Source: Octopus bimaculoides (taxonomy: Eukaryota). Taken from it: a stretch of DNA of 32,560 nt. The stretch covers positions 1,077,857-1,110,416 of the forward strand of contig NC_068988.1 of NCBI RefSeq assembly GCF_001194135.2. The letters run 5' to 3'. Of the stretch, positions 10,390 to 23,164 are shown in pieces; positions within the stretch are counted from its first letter, which is position 1; every line of letters starts with the position of its first letter. The position numbers and the translations under genes were made by a program. Below the pieces are notes generated by a model that was given only the letters and a program-made list of their open reading frames with translations, did not search any database and was not told the origin of the DNA.

Positions 10390-11590
10390 CCTCACGCCTA
10401 TGTGAGGCGTTCTGAATTGGTCGCTACAAGAACTCAATGAGATTGATCTTCAAACTCGGAAGCGGTTTAGTGTTACAGGAAACTTCAACATCATTGGAGA
10501 TGTAGACAGGCTATACTTCCCACGTAAGGAAGGTGGCCGTGGACTCAAATCTGTATTGATGGCATATAAAGCATGGATTGTGACACTGAAACAACATCTA
10601 CAGCAGAGGAAAGAGACCAGTAACTATGTTGCCTAAGTTTACGACCACGAAACCAATAACGTAATTCGGATAGCTAATTAATAAGAGAAGTGTGAAATAA
10701 GAACTGATACAGATCTCTCCCCAAGGAACATTGATCAAATCTATTTATCAGAACAATAGAAAAAAATGAAGCAGTTCATTGAGGGACGTAAAATACAAGT
10801 CATAGACGGGACTGGTTATGTCAACAGCTTGTCATGGAGTATCAACAAATTGATGACATCCCACTAAGAGATCCCACCAAATACCTGGAACATAAAAGGT
10901 AGAAAACGTTGACAAACGACAAATGTAGGCTTTGCAAGACCAAGACCGAAGGCGTTAGCCAATTTTATTGCCAACTTTGAGAGAATGTTTTTCAGATATT
11001 ATCATCCCATGAGGTATAATATGGTGGCCAGAACGGTCTGGAACAGAATAACAAAAAAAGAGAATACTTACAAACGACGTCGACCATATTAAGACCAATG
11101 GGTCAAAAGAATATTGGTGGAACTTCAAAATTAAAATAGCCACTGAGTTAAAATACAACAGACCAGATATCGTTGTGTGCGACCACAAAGAAAAGATATG
11201 TTCTGTTGTGGAAATCAGTTGCCTTCTGGACACGTATGTGATTAGAAAAATACCAGAGAAAGAAGACATCTACGAACTATTGATAAGGAGTTTGCAAATC
11301 CGGTATCCAAGATGCACTTTCAGTTTCATACCTATTATTATTGGAGCAACAGGACACAAACCAACCCGTCTGGGGCAAAGTTTGGCTGAACTTGGGTTCT
11401 TGAGGGAGAGAATGCGAATCCTTAATTCATAAGCTACAAACGATCATGATATGTGGGACTCTAAAAATCTACAAGACTTTCTTAAGATTTAACGGATGAT
11501 GGTTCAATCAAGATACTTTCATTCACAACCTTACCACGAAGTCAGTGGCCAATCAGAGTTTACTCTAAATTAAAAAGAGGAAGAGACATA
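10390..11590 (+). mobile_element. Decayed non-LTR retrotransposon with restriction-like endonuclease (R4/Dong-like), 3' part
   Basis: Frame-broken translation gives ELNEIDLQTRK...DVDRLYFPRKEGGRGL, a CRLCK knuckle start, and RPDIVVCDHKEKICSVVEISC (PD-(D/E)xK). The 3' UTR runs into (CATA)n. Confidence 0.85.
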
Positions 11591-11856
11591 CATACATACA
11601 TACATGCATACATACATACATACATACACACACACATACATACATACATACATACATACATACATACATACATACGTACATACATACATACATACATACA
11701 CACATACATACATAACACACACATACATACACANNNNNNNNNNCACACATACATACATAACACACACATACATACACAAATACATACATAAACACATACA
11801 TAAGTACATACATACACATATGCATACACACACACATACATACATACATACATACA

Positions 11857-11887
<31 letters not shown>

Positions 11888-11890
11888 GTA
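11586..11890. repeat. (CATA)n/(CA)n microsatellite array
   Basis: Visible directly. Similar arrays at 12417-12527, 13712-13835 and 16165-16235. Confidence 0.95.
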
Positions 11891-12527
11891 TTTAATTATA
11901 TATTTAGTTACATGTGTGTGTATTTATATCTAAGAAGGGATCGGGGGGAAATCTAATGCCAATAGAAATCTGGTTGTCATATTTACAGTAAACAGGAATA
12001 GGTACATAGTCTACGAGTGATTCTGTTTAACTTTGATTTGTCAAACATGCTTCGTGGCTCTACGAACTTTCTCACGCGATTGGACTTGGAGAATGCAACG
12101 CCAAGGACAGAAGAATAATATAGATGAGAGAGGGGAGGACGGGAGTGAGGCAGTGAGAGAGAGAGAGAGAGAGAGAGAGTGAAAGGAGAGAAGGAGGAAA
12201 GAAAGAAAAAGAAAGAAAGATAGGGAGAAAGAAAGAAAGAAAGAATGAAAAGGAAAGTAAGAAGGGAAAGAAGAAAAAATGAGAAATAAGAAAGAAGGGA
12301 AGAAAGAAAGAAAGAAAGAAAGAAAGGAAGGTAGGGAGGAAAGAAAAGAAAGCGATTATTTTGTCACCTGTTAGTGAATTCTAGATGATTGGTTTTCTAA
12401 TTCAGGAATATCTTAGACATACACACATACACACATACATACATACATACATACATACTTACATACATACATGCATGCATACATGCATACATTCATACAT
12501 ATACACATACACATGCATGCATACATA

Positions 12528-13710
12528 CAAGACAGGTTGCCCCTGGGAGCTCCTCTATGCTGATGACCTTGCCCTAATTGCGGAGTCACTATCAGAACTA
12601 GAGGAGAAGTTTCAGGTGTGGAAGCAAGGTCTAGAATTGAAGGGCCTTAGAGTCAACCTAGCTAAAACCAAAATCCTAATAAGTAGGAAGGTAGATAAAA
12701 CACAAACCCCTTCAGGTAGATGGCCCTGCTCAGTATGTAGAAAAGGAGTAGGTAGTAACTCTATAAGATGTACNNNNNNNNNNNNNNNNNNNNNNNNNNN
12801 NNNNNNNNNNNNNNNNNNNNNNNNNNNNNNNNNNNNNNNNNNNNNNNNNNNNNNNNNNNNNNNNNNNNNNNNNNNNNNNNNNNNNNNNNNNNNNNNNNNN
12901 NNNNNNNNNNNNNNNNNNNNNNNNNNNNNNNNNNNNNNNNNNNNNNNNNNNNNNNNNNNNNNNNNNNNNNNNNNNNNNNNNNNNNNNNNNNNNNNNNNNN
13001 NNNNNNNNNNNNNNNNNNNNNNNNNNNNNNNNNNNNNNNNNNNNNNNNNNNNNNNNNNNNNNNNNNNNNNNNNNNNNNNNNNNNNNNNNNNNNNNNNNNN
13101 NNNNNNNNNNNNNNNNNNNNNNNNNNNNNNNNNNNNNNNNNNNNNNNNNNNNNNNNNNNNNNNNNNNNNNNNNNNNNNNNNNNNNNNNNNNNNNNNNNNN
13201 NNNNNNNNNNNNNNNNNNNNNNNNNNNNNNNNNNNNNNNNNNNNNNNNNNNNNNNNNNNNNNNNNNNNNNNNNNNNNNNNNNNNNNNNNNNNNNNNNNNN
13301 NNNNNNNNNNNNNNNNNNNNNNNNNNNNNNNNNNNNNNNNNNNNNNNNNNNNNNNNNNNNNNNNNNNNNNNNNNNNNNNNNNNNNNNNNNNNNNNNNNNN
13401 NNNNNNNNNNNNNNNNNNNNNNNNNNNNNNNNNNNNNNNNNNNNNNNNNNNNNNNNNNNNNNNNNNNNNNNNNNNNNNNNNNNNNNNNNNNNNNNNNNNN
13501 NNNNNNNNNNGTTTTCGTGCGGGTGACACGTAAAAGCACCCACTACACTCTCTGAGTGGTTGGCGTTAGGAAGGGCATCCAGCTGTAGAAACTCTGCCAA
13601 ATCAGACTGGAGCCTGGTGTTGCCATCCGGTTTCACCAGTCCTCAGTCAAATCGTCCAACCCATGCTAGCATGGAAAGCGGACGTTAAACGATGATGATG
13701 ATGATGATGA
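12528..13710 (+). mobile_element. 5'-truncated RTE-clade LINE, with a gap in the middle
   Basis: PWELLYADDLALIAES...GLRVNLAKTKIL...GRWPCSVCRKGVGSNSIRC is an RT domain with YADD. The 3' UTR after the gap ends in a (GAT)n tail. Confidence 0.9.
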
Positions 13711-13849
13711 TACATACATACATACAAACATGCATACATGCATGCATGCATACATACATGCATACATACACACATACACATGCATGCATATATATATACA
13801 TACATACATACATACATACATACACATATACATATATAGATTAGTCGAT

Positions 13850-14843
13850 TAGGCCTCAAAATCCTTGTTACTACTAATCTGTTAAAAGTTGATTTTTTTT
13901 ACATGTTTCCCTAGATTTAAACTCCCGCTCTTACAAACCGTATCATAAGCCAAACGAGAAACTCTTGTACATAAACAGTCTTGTTACCCCACTATAGTCT
14001 TTAAAAACCTGATAGCTAACATTAGTAATAGGATATCAAATCTATCTTCTAAACAAATATTTGATAAGGCAGCCCCACTACTATAACAATGTCCTAGCTA
14101 ACAGCGGCTTCAAAGATAAAATATATTACAACTCTTAAAATAAAAATATGAATCGTAAAAATAGACCCCCCACCCACAAAAAAAAACCTTGGAAAATAAT
14201 TTGGCTTGCCTCTCCTGACTCCCTTAACGTTAAGACTAACGTAAGGAAGAAATTCCTGTTTCTTTTTGATAAACATTTTCCAGTAAATCATGAATACAGG
14301 AAATCTTTTACAGACGTTCAATTGAAATATCATACAGCTGAAAAACACTATAACTCGTAAAAATCACCAAGAGACAACTCCTAGTTGTAACTGTCGAGAT
14401 CCTGATGCTTACCCGCTTGACCAGGCGTGTATGATAAACTCAGTCATACACGAGGCTGAAGTTACAACTACGCTTCAAGATGAATCAATTGATAAGAATT
14501 ACATCGGGTTATGTGAGGGCGAATTCAAGAGACGTTATGCAAACTTCCCTCTTCTTTCTGGCACATAGATAAAAGTAATGCAACTAAATTGGCTAGCCAC
14601 GTATGAAATTTGAAAAGCAGCTACACACCTCATACAATTAAGTGGAGAATAGTGGGGAAATCCAAGCCATATGTTAATGAATCTAAGAAATGCAATTTAT
14701 GCCTAGCAGAAAGACCTCATATTCTTCTTAGATCCAGCAATTCTAACACACCGTTGAATTCCAGAGCTGAATTTTTTAGCAGGTGTAAACACATGGACAG
14801 GTTTCTTTTAACGAATTCGAGGATACCCACCGCTCTGGATTGA
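13850..14843 (+). mobile_element. Decayed Penelope-like element (Naiad-type): RT thumb plus GIY-YIG endonuclease
   Basis: Remnants YKPYHKPNEKLLYIN, NRISNLSS, IIW...VKTNVRKKFL..DKHFP, CNCRDPD, NYIGLCEGEFKRRY and KCNLCLAE...LNSRAEFFSRCKH. Several frameshifts and stops. Confidence 0.8.
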
Positions 14844-15426
14844 GTTGGTATCACGCATACTTTGACATATTTTCTGCTATTTTTTCTATTCCAGTTGTAT
14901 TTAATGAACTTTCTGCTATCGGGAGGAACGAGGATCGTAATTCTTGATTTCGTTTCTTTTTTTCTTGTTCCATTTTTTGCACAAACTTTCTTTGCGTTTT
15001 TTCCAACGTTTCCTTTTTTTATTTCTTACTGACCAGCAGCCTTGTTTTTAAAAATTATACATAATGCATAAACAGAGCCAGAAAGATTGCTTTAAGATAC
15101 ATGCCGTATTTTGTAAACATACCTGTTCAAGTATCATAATAGCATGAAACTATCTGTAGATATTTCGGCTGTGTATTAAATTGATACACACACACACACA
15201 CACATATACATGCATATATGCGCATATACGCATACATACACATGTTCACCCGTATATACATATGTATANNNNNNNNNNNNNNNNNNNNNNNNNNNNNNNN
15301 NNNNNNNNNNNNNNNNNNNNNNNNNNNNNNNNNNNNNNNNNNNNNNNNNNNNNNNNNNNNNNNNNNNNNNNNNNNNNNNNNNNNNNNNNNNNNNNNNNNN
15401 NNNNNNNNNNNNNNNNNNNATATATA

Positions 15427-15760
15427 TATATATAATGACTCTCCGTCGGTTACGACGTCGATGGTTCCAGTTGATCCGATCAACGGAACAGCCTGCTACT
15501 CCTGAAATTAACGTCCAAGTGGCTGAGCACTCCGCAGACACGTGTACCCATAACGTAGTTCTCAAGGAGATTCAGTGTGACACAGAGTGGGATAAGGCCG
15601 GCTCTTTGAAATACAGGTACTATTCATTTTTGCCAGCTCAGTGGACTGGAGCAATGTGAAATAAAGTGTCTTGCTCAAGGACATAATGCACTGCTGACAA
15701 TCGAACTCATGACCTTACCATCGTAAGCAGAATACTCTGCCCACTAAGCCACGTGCCTTC
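15427..15760 (-). mobile_element. tRNA-derived SINE family D
   Basis: Head TGGCTTAGTGG...GAGTTCGATT and central tccttgagcaagacactttatttcac...ctccagtccact block shared with 15853-16160. Confidence 0.75.
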
Positions 15761-15852
15761 GAAACACAAACACACATACACACATACACCCACACACACA
15801 CACTCACACATACACACACATACACGCACGCACTCACACGCACACATATACA

Positions 15853-16160
15853 GGGTAAAGGGTAAAGCCCCCTTCGGTCATGACTGACCCTGGGATTGCA
15901 CCTAGAAAGTTACCCTCCCAGGCACAAGTCCAGGCGAGGTTGTTTATGGAAGACCAGCAGTCGCCCATGCATACCAGCCTCCCCCTCTCCACACCTCGGA
16001 TGTTATCCAAGGGAAAGGCATTTCTACAGCTGAGTGAACTGGAGCAACGTGAAATAAAGTGTCTTGCTCAAGAACACAACACACAACCCGGTCCGGGAAT
16101 CGAACTCACCACCTCATGACTGTAAGCCCGACGCTTTAACCACTCAGTCATGCACCTTCA
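15853..16160 (-). mobile_element. tRNA-derived SINE, family D-related with a different 3' half
   Basis: Head gactgagtggttaaagcg...gagttcgattccc, shared central block, and a (CTTTAC)-type tail. Confidence 0.75.
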
Positions 16161-16510
16161 CATATATACGTATGTATGTATGTATGTATGTATGCATGTG
16201 AGTGTATGTATGTATGTATGTATGTATGTATGTGTGGATATGGATACATAGCTCCATTGACAGTCTTCGACAGTTGTCTAGGTTTGACAATGCTATGACG
16301 TCATCATGCAGAGACGAACGCTCTTCCGTTTAAGGTTGAAATCATTTTCTTCTCGAATGCCTTTCAGTTCATTCACTTTTTGTGAAGGAGAGTCGGGTGG
16401 GTGAAGTTCTTTTTTTCCTTTCCTTCACAAATTATTTCCGATATTGTCAAATAAGGATAAGCAAATACAATTAAAGACAATGTTATTGTATGAATTTAAT
16501 AACACTGCTT

Positions 16511-16700
16511 AGGCGGTTTCCCTTGCAGAATCGTTAACACGTCGGACGAAATGCTTAACGATATTTCTTCCAGGTTTCTACGTTCTGAGTTCAAATTTCA
16601 ACGAGGTCAGGCTTGCTTTTCGTCCGTTCGGGATCGATGAAATAAAGTACTGTGGTTGAATTAATCGACTTACCTCATAGTCTCGAAATTACTCGACTTG
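16511..16700 (+). mobile_element. SINE family B, degenerate
   Basis: gcagaatcgttaacacgtcggacgaaatgcttaac...gttctgagttcaaatt...gatgaaataaagtac. Confidence 0.75.
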
Positions 16701-16934
16701 AACCCTGCAACTAATCGTCGTCCCGTTCAGCGGGAACGTTGTGTTCTCAGTCACTTGTGTACAATGGAAATCGGATAACCGGCCTTATGAGTCCGATGGC
16801 TTGAGAAAAATAAGACAATATCACTAAATCCTCAAACGGGACTCTCGTTTCTCTGAGAGTCTTGTCAATGAAATCATACACATTTAAAAGAAAATTACAT
16901 CGTTGATGTACAGTTTAGAAAGGATTAATTTTTT

Positions 16935-17145
16935 TTCTACTCAAGGCACAAGGCCCGAAATTTGTGGGTAGGGAACCAGTCGATTAGATCGGCTCCAGTA
17001 CATAACTGGTACTTATTTAATCGACCCCGAAAGGATGAAAGGCAAAGTCGACCTCGGCGGAATTTGAACTCATAACGTAGCGGCAGACGAAATACCGCTA
17101 AGCATTTCGCCCGGCGTGTTAACCCTTCTGCCAACTCGCCGCCGA
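16935..17145 (-). mobile_element. SINE family B, near full length
   Basis: ggcggcgagttggcag...gagttcaaattccgccgaggtcgactttgcctttcatcctttcggggtcgat...ccttgtgcc. A head fragment also lies at about 31603-31650. Confidence 0.85.
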
Positions 17146-17454
17146 AAGAATCAATGAATCTAAAATGTTTTTAGTTCATATTGTCAGAGACATTTTAGTT
17201 TTTAGTTTATAATGTAGTGTTTGGGAGTAGAAGATACTTATTTCTGTACCAAGACGAGGAACTGTTGGGGTAAAAGAGGGAAAACTCGTTATATGTGTCA
17301 AACGACCGCTAGTTTTCACGATCTTTTAATTTATTGAATAAGACAGCAACCATTATATTGTAGGTAATAATTTCTAGGTATAAACAACCCTCTAGCACTA
17401 ACTAATTCCTTGCTGGTATATCTGGTATATATTTTACTTACTGTGTTTTAAGGC

Positions 17455-18130
17455 AGGGAACCTTGATCATATCCTAAGCAACTGCTCTAAAGCACTGGGT
17501 GAAGAATTCTACAGCTGGAGATATGATGAAATCTGCAAAACCGTGGCTGAGTCTGTCAGTGAGGGGAACAATGAGAGCACTACATCTAGAAAGTTAATCG
17601 TTGTTTACGATGAAGAGCAACCGAAGAAAAAACTTCAAGAACAGCCTCGATGGTTTACTTTTCATAACACAGGACTGATTGATGGAAGTTGACCTGCAGA
17701 AGAAGCTAAAATTTCCAGCACACACACCAAAACCTTGTTGGGACCAGATATTACCTTAGGTTCTGAGGCAACAAGGCAAACTAATCCTGATAGAATTAAC
17801 TGTGCCGTTGGGGGGGGGGGCAGCTCAAGAGAGGAAGAGAATCAAGTAACAGAAATTGGTGAAGGACTGTCACAAGGACGTGATGAGAATGGGGTGGTTG
17901 TTAACGAAGTTTGGTTGGTCGAGCGAATAAGATGTATGGAATTCAGGTCATTATACAAATGAGCAGAAGAGCCACCAAGAACAGCATAGAGGCTTTTGAA
18001 AAAATATCTAGATGACTCTGGCTGAAAAGAGATGACCTGTGAGGTCAATGGGATGTTGCTGGGACACAGACCTAAGCCTGAACAACCTAGGTCTGGTCAC
18101 ATCGATGAAGGTGAATACCGTAAGATCTCG
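17455..18130 (+). mobile_element. 3' fragment of a HERO-like non-LTR retrotransposon
   Basis: Frame-broken translation gives GTLDHILSNCSKALG, YSWRYDEICKTVAE, MEVDLQKKLKFP, PDI...SEATRQ, LILIELTVP and LWLKRDD, matching my recollection of the HERO zinc-knuckle/REL region. Confidence 0.75.
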
Positions 18131-21076
18131 TAACGTCCGGCAAGTCTAGGAAACAATACTAATGATGTGTCCAAGAATAGCATCTGCAGATGTATGTAGA
18201 AATGTCATGATAACCGAATGTCTGTACTTCAAAATTCTCGTAATTTTCACTGAAATCAAAAGGGATAAGGAATTCTTCTGCTCGTTGAAGAATCTGTCGC
18301 CCTAGTCCCTGGTAAATACTTTTACTGGTTCCCCCAGGCTTTATTTGCCTGAGAGGATTACTATCCGCCAAGTACCAAACATACCAATGCTTCATTCTGT
18401 GTCGTTATACCAATTTATAGCATTCTGTTGTTTTAATTTATCTGACATTCATTTTAGTGAACCTATTTTCCCCTCCATGGACAACGTTATCGCAACTTTG
18501 TTGCTCCTACCCAGAACTATTTTCTGTAGATTTGGATTGAAGGGTACCATGATAATGTATACATTTTTTAGTCAAATTCCTTGTGTTTTCATTCCAATCA
18601 GACTTCCGGTTGATAGATGCTACCTTTGTATCTATGTCCTACATTCATTGCAATTCTGAAAAAGCACGTATTCTTCATGAAGAACTTAAGCGTGCTGCTC
18701 GAAAGCGCACTGCTAGCATAGTGAATGAAGAAGGCTTTGAGAAGGGCTCTTTAGCCACGCATCGGAGTCCTAGAGCTCACAATATTCCTAAAAGTCAGCA
18801 ATGGTCGTCCTCGGTCACCAGTGGACGGCCATCATCATCTATGTCCTACATTCATTTCAGTTCTGTGACGCTTTTTCTGTAAATGTTTTCTGTATTCAAA
18901 GTTATTGTTTCCTTGATTGATGTGTTTTTTTTATCGTGAAACATGATATGTTAAACATAGCGTGCGTTTTTCTACGGTTATATCTGGGGAATTTTTCACC
19001 TTCTCCCCACCTGGTTGTATCAAGTGAAAATTGCTCAAATTCTTTGTCTTTGTTTACATTAATATATCACATAACATTTAAACACTACTTTTCCTATGTA
19101 ACTCTCACAAAATTACGTTTATCTTTATCAGCGCTTCCTCTAATTTTTTGCAGTGGGAGTACTCAGTTTAAATTTGCTTGTGTGCAAATTTTGCCTCTCT
19201 TTACAAAGTATGTACACATCCATGGAAGTAAGCATTGCTTAAATGCCATATTGACCGCCTAACCAAATTCAACTATATTTTAAGTGTGTATTATTTAAGA
19301 TTTTATTATGAAATTAAACAATTAACTTTTCCAATTAAGAAAGATTTATTTCAGCTTCAAAACCTTTTCTGCGCACGTAGTTTTCCTTCGTGTTGTAACT
19401 GTAAAACATGTGCGCACAGAAGCGCACAGCTTGGCGGAAGCATCGATCTGCTGTATCCCTTGTATAACGTCAAAGAATCTGCCCTTGAAGTGATCCCCTT
19501 TCTTTCTTCTGCTTAATACTTATTTAGATATGGAAACATTGACACATTCTACGTCGATTACAATTTCTGGCTTTTTTGCTAAGAATATTCAACAGGAGAA
19601 AAGTTAAGATTGTGTGACATTCGTACCCTCGTTAAAAAACATTTGTGTATGGCACCAATGGTTTTAAGAAGGGTATGAATGTCACAATCTCATTTTCTAC
19701 TGTTTAATATTCTTGACAAAAAAGCAAGAAACTGATTCGTTTCAACAGAGAAGCAAAACCAGATTGAGTACTTAGCCTTTACTCAACATAGCGCCACTTC
19801 CACTCTGGTGTGATTTGAAATCACTAAAGAAATAAAAGGGTACAAAACATTCATTTTCGGCATCCAACCATTTTTGTGTAGAAATGATGACGACAGATTC
19901 CTGAGAGCCAATGTCCGTGATTAAATTAACTTTCAACATTACACGCTGCCACAGAATCAAACATGCACCCAAACTGTCTTCACCCAACATTCCAACCTGT
20001 AACTACCAAAATCCTACCATTTGCGCACTGAGAGATTTCTGCCTCTCAAAGGCTGTGGTCTGTAGAGATTCCCACATACCACCGGATGGCATCGTGGGAT
20101 ACTACACGGGCATAACAGCCAATGATATTAATGAAAGATTTATACCACACACGCATTCCACCTTGCTGTCTCGCTTCATCTAGAAACTTCAGGCCAATCG
20201 AAACGATTTCCTTAACATTTCATAGCGCATGCTTGACAGCGCCCCTCCTCCTTACTCACCTGGAGGTCGTAATTACTAATTCTGCTTCCGTGAGAAACGG
20301 TACATATTCCACTAGCTTGCAGTATTCATCAATGATAAAACCGTCTTATGCAAGTGCTGTCACCAGAGATTTTCTCTATTAATGAATTTTAAACCATCAG
20401 CCACTAATAACTCAGAAATACTACCCTAGGCTTAACTGGTCAGCGCACAATTTCAGGGTATAGAATCCCTGCCGTTCGTCGTGAAATGTTTGCTAATTCC
20501 TTGTATTATAATTGTGAAATATCAGCCGGTTTTTTATGCAATTGACATCACCACAGTCACCCTTTCACGTGAAAATTGTTGAACCTGACATGTCATTCTC
20601 TACAGAATGCCAACTAATAAACTCCAACATCTTGTCTGCTTACCACTTGGAACTTGTAATGAAAGAACTGTCGTAGCTGGTTAGCTGAAGATAGCACGTG
20701 ACATGAACTGATCAATGAAGGCCTAGATATTCCCATCAACATTCCATTTTTCATTTTTTTATAAATAGTCACTTCACTCTGACTCTATACATCTGATGAC
20801 AGAGTTGTGTTCTGTACCCACGAAACTTTAAGCAATGTGGAATTAAATGTTTGTTGCTAAATACTTAAAACTCGAACTAGATGTGACGACTTACTTACTT
20901 TCGTTTGTTCTCCCAATTCTTTCTGTGTGCGTGTGTTAGAGTGTGTGGGGGGAGGGGAAGAGGTAAGCCAATCCTAATAATGAATAAAAATAGATTGTAG
21001 TATCACATTTTGCTTCTATTACGTTTCTTGATTTTGAGGCTGATCTCACTTTCCTTCCTCCGTACGGCCACAGACC

Positions 21077-21146
<70 letters not shown>
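21077..21146. repeat. (CA)n microsatellite
   Basis: Visible directly. Confidence 0.95.
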
Positions 21147-21147
<1 letters not shown>

Positions 21148-21562
21148 CGGATGGACTCCTGCACAGTTTCTGTCTCCCAAATCTCGCTCACAAAGCTGGT
21201 GGAATACAATCTTCGTCAGAAGACATTTGTCTAAAATGCCGCGAAGTGGGCTCCTTTCCAGAAATACTTGTCTTCGACGAATTGCACTTTTATCTCAAAC
21301 CTCTTTGTTCATCGCATCACCAATTTTACCATTCTCCGTGCGATAATTATTACAATAGCAACAATGAAAATCAATAACGATCGTCAATAATTCATTTTTA
21401 TTTTTTCTCGAATCAATCAACTGCAGCATCGATTTGTTCACACCGATCTAAAATAAATCAATTTAAAGTTGTTCGACTCTTCTGTAAGATATTCGAGCTT
21501 CTACTCGACGTTTTCAAGATTTTAGTAGGGAAAGCTAAAAAGAGACAGAAACTGGCTTTTTT

Positions 21563-21589
21563 TCAGTTTTTCTCCTGCCACAGCTGACC
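21563..21589 (-). CDS. Peptide gene B, probable terminal coding exon (GQLWQEKN-stop)
   Basis: Strong acceptor ttgttttattatttcag at 21590. Phase 0 gives GGT CAG CTG TGG CAG GAG AAA AAC TGA. AATAAA lies at 21402-21397, about 160 nt downstream. No convincing counterpart found in gene A. Confidence 0.5.
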   Translation of the reverse strand, partial: GQLWQEKN

Positions 21590-21899
21590 CTGAAATAATA
21601 AAACAATAAATTTAAATCTTTCGTTTGTTCTGGTTAGATACAATTATCATTATTATTATTATTGTTGTTGTTGTTGTTGTTGTTACTATTATTAAAAGCA
21701 GAAAGACCGTTCTCCGGGCGGTTTTCTGTCCGGCGCTGATAACATTTACATATTTCAATCTTGATTTGTGTAAGTTTTCTGATATTTTTTCTTTAATTTT
21801 CCTTCGTAACTTTTATTCGTTAAATTGTAATCACCGACTTATTAAATATTTCTTACATTATTTTATCGCACTCTTAATCTCTCTCTCCCTCTTTTAAAC

Positions 21900-22545
21900 A
21901 AACTCAGAGGTAATCCATACACTACGTGGTCGTTTAGTTTATTAGAAAAACAGGGATCACATGAGTTTATTCTAAAGTGTATACCATGCCAAGCAGCCAT
22001 CAAAGTGACACTGGTGTACAAATATACACAACTCCATCTGCCCATCATGACTACCTGTCTGATAAGGGTAGAACCAGGTACATGCATCACAACCATATAT
22101 GTGCAACATGATGATCTCACATCACGATTAACAGAGCATGACCTTGCAGGTGGGGCCCAGTTAGAATTTTCTTCAGGTCAAGTAGCCCACTCCTGCTCAA
22201 AAGGTCCTTGAATAAGGGTTGTTTAAGGATGTTGAACACCCATGTTTCCAAAGGTGAATTATTCAAACCCCAAAGAATTCCTTTCAACACTTGACTATGA
22301 TGATCCCCCACTACTTCTGCTCATGATCAGAGATGCACATATCGACAGCCACCAAGGGACATGCTCAACTGGTTATGGTCAAACAACTGACAAGCAAATC
22401 TATGGTATTGAGCAGAATATTTGTTGCGGCCCATCTTTTTATACCATAAAAAAACAATGTACATGATAACACTTCTAATCAGTTAAGATCAGAAGCCATG
22501 AGAGCCACTGCCTGGTACTGCATCAGGGCATTTATTATTATTATT
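21900..22545. mobile_element. Unclassified interspersed-repeat-like segment ending in (ATT)n
   Basis: Higher-complexity block with no long ORF, followed by a simple-repeat tail. Resembles a recalled octopus repeat, not verifiable here. Confidence 0.3.
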
Positions 22546-23164
22546 ATTGTTGTTGTTGTTGTTGAGAAGGTTCGCGAAAGATATCAATAAGAAATATACT
22601 GGGGCCCAAGATAACCGCTGTCCAATAACTGAAACAAATAAAAGAATAAAAGAATGAATGAATGAATAAATAAATAAATAAATAAACCAAGTTAATTGTA
22701 ACACTAAAATACAGATTCAATAATATATTTTATGTTAGTGATAAGCGGGACATTAACAGTTGTCAAAGAGAATTTACTAGGGTCATGGACTCTGCCCCCT
22801 TTCTTCAGACACAACAAGTAAATTAAAAATTGGGATCCTATCAGATTTTCTTGGTATTTTTTGTATAGTAAATTCTGTTGTACGAGTAAATTACTGCAGC
22901 TGAATTCAATCATTAAAACATGTAAAGAGTTAAGTCCTATTTTTTTTATTCAATAATTGGATAATAGTAATTAGGTAATTTACTAAATAAATGTATTTAA
23001 TATAATTTTGTAGATTAGGATTCTTGCTTGTGTGGGGTACTTATTCTCCACACCCTAAATAAATGTCACTGATTGTTTGCAGGGTAAATGTTTAAATTTT
23101 TTCCACTCAACAAAAGTTTGTAAATAAATATTGCGTTGCGTCAAAAGTTTTGCAATAAATTGGA

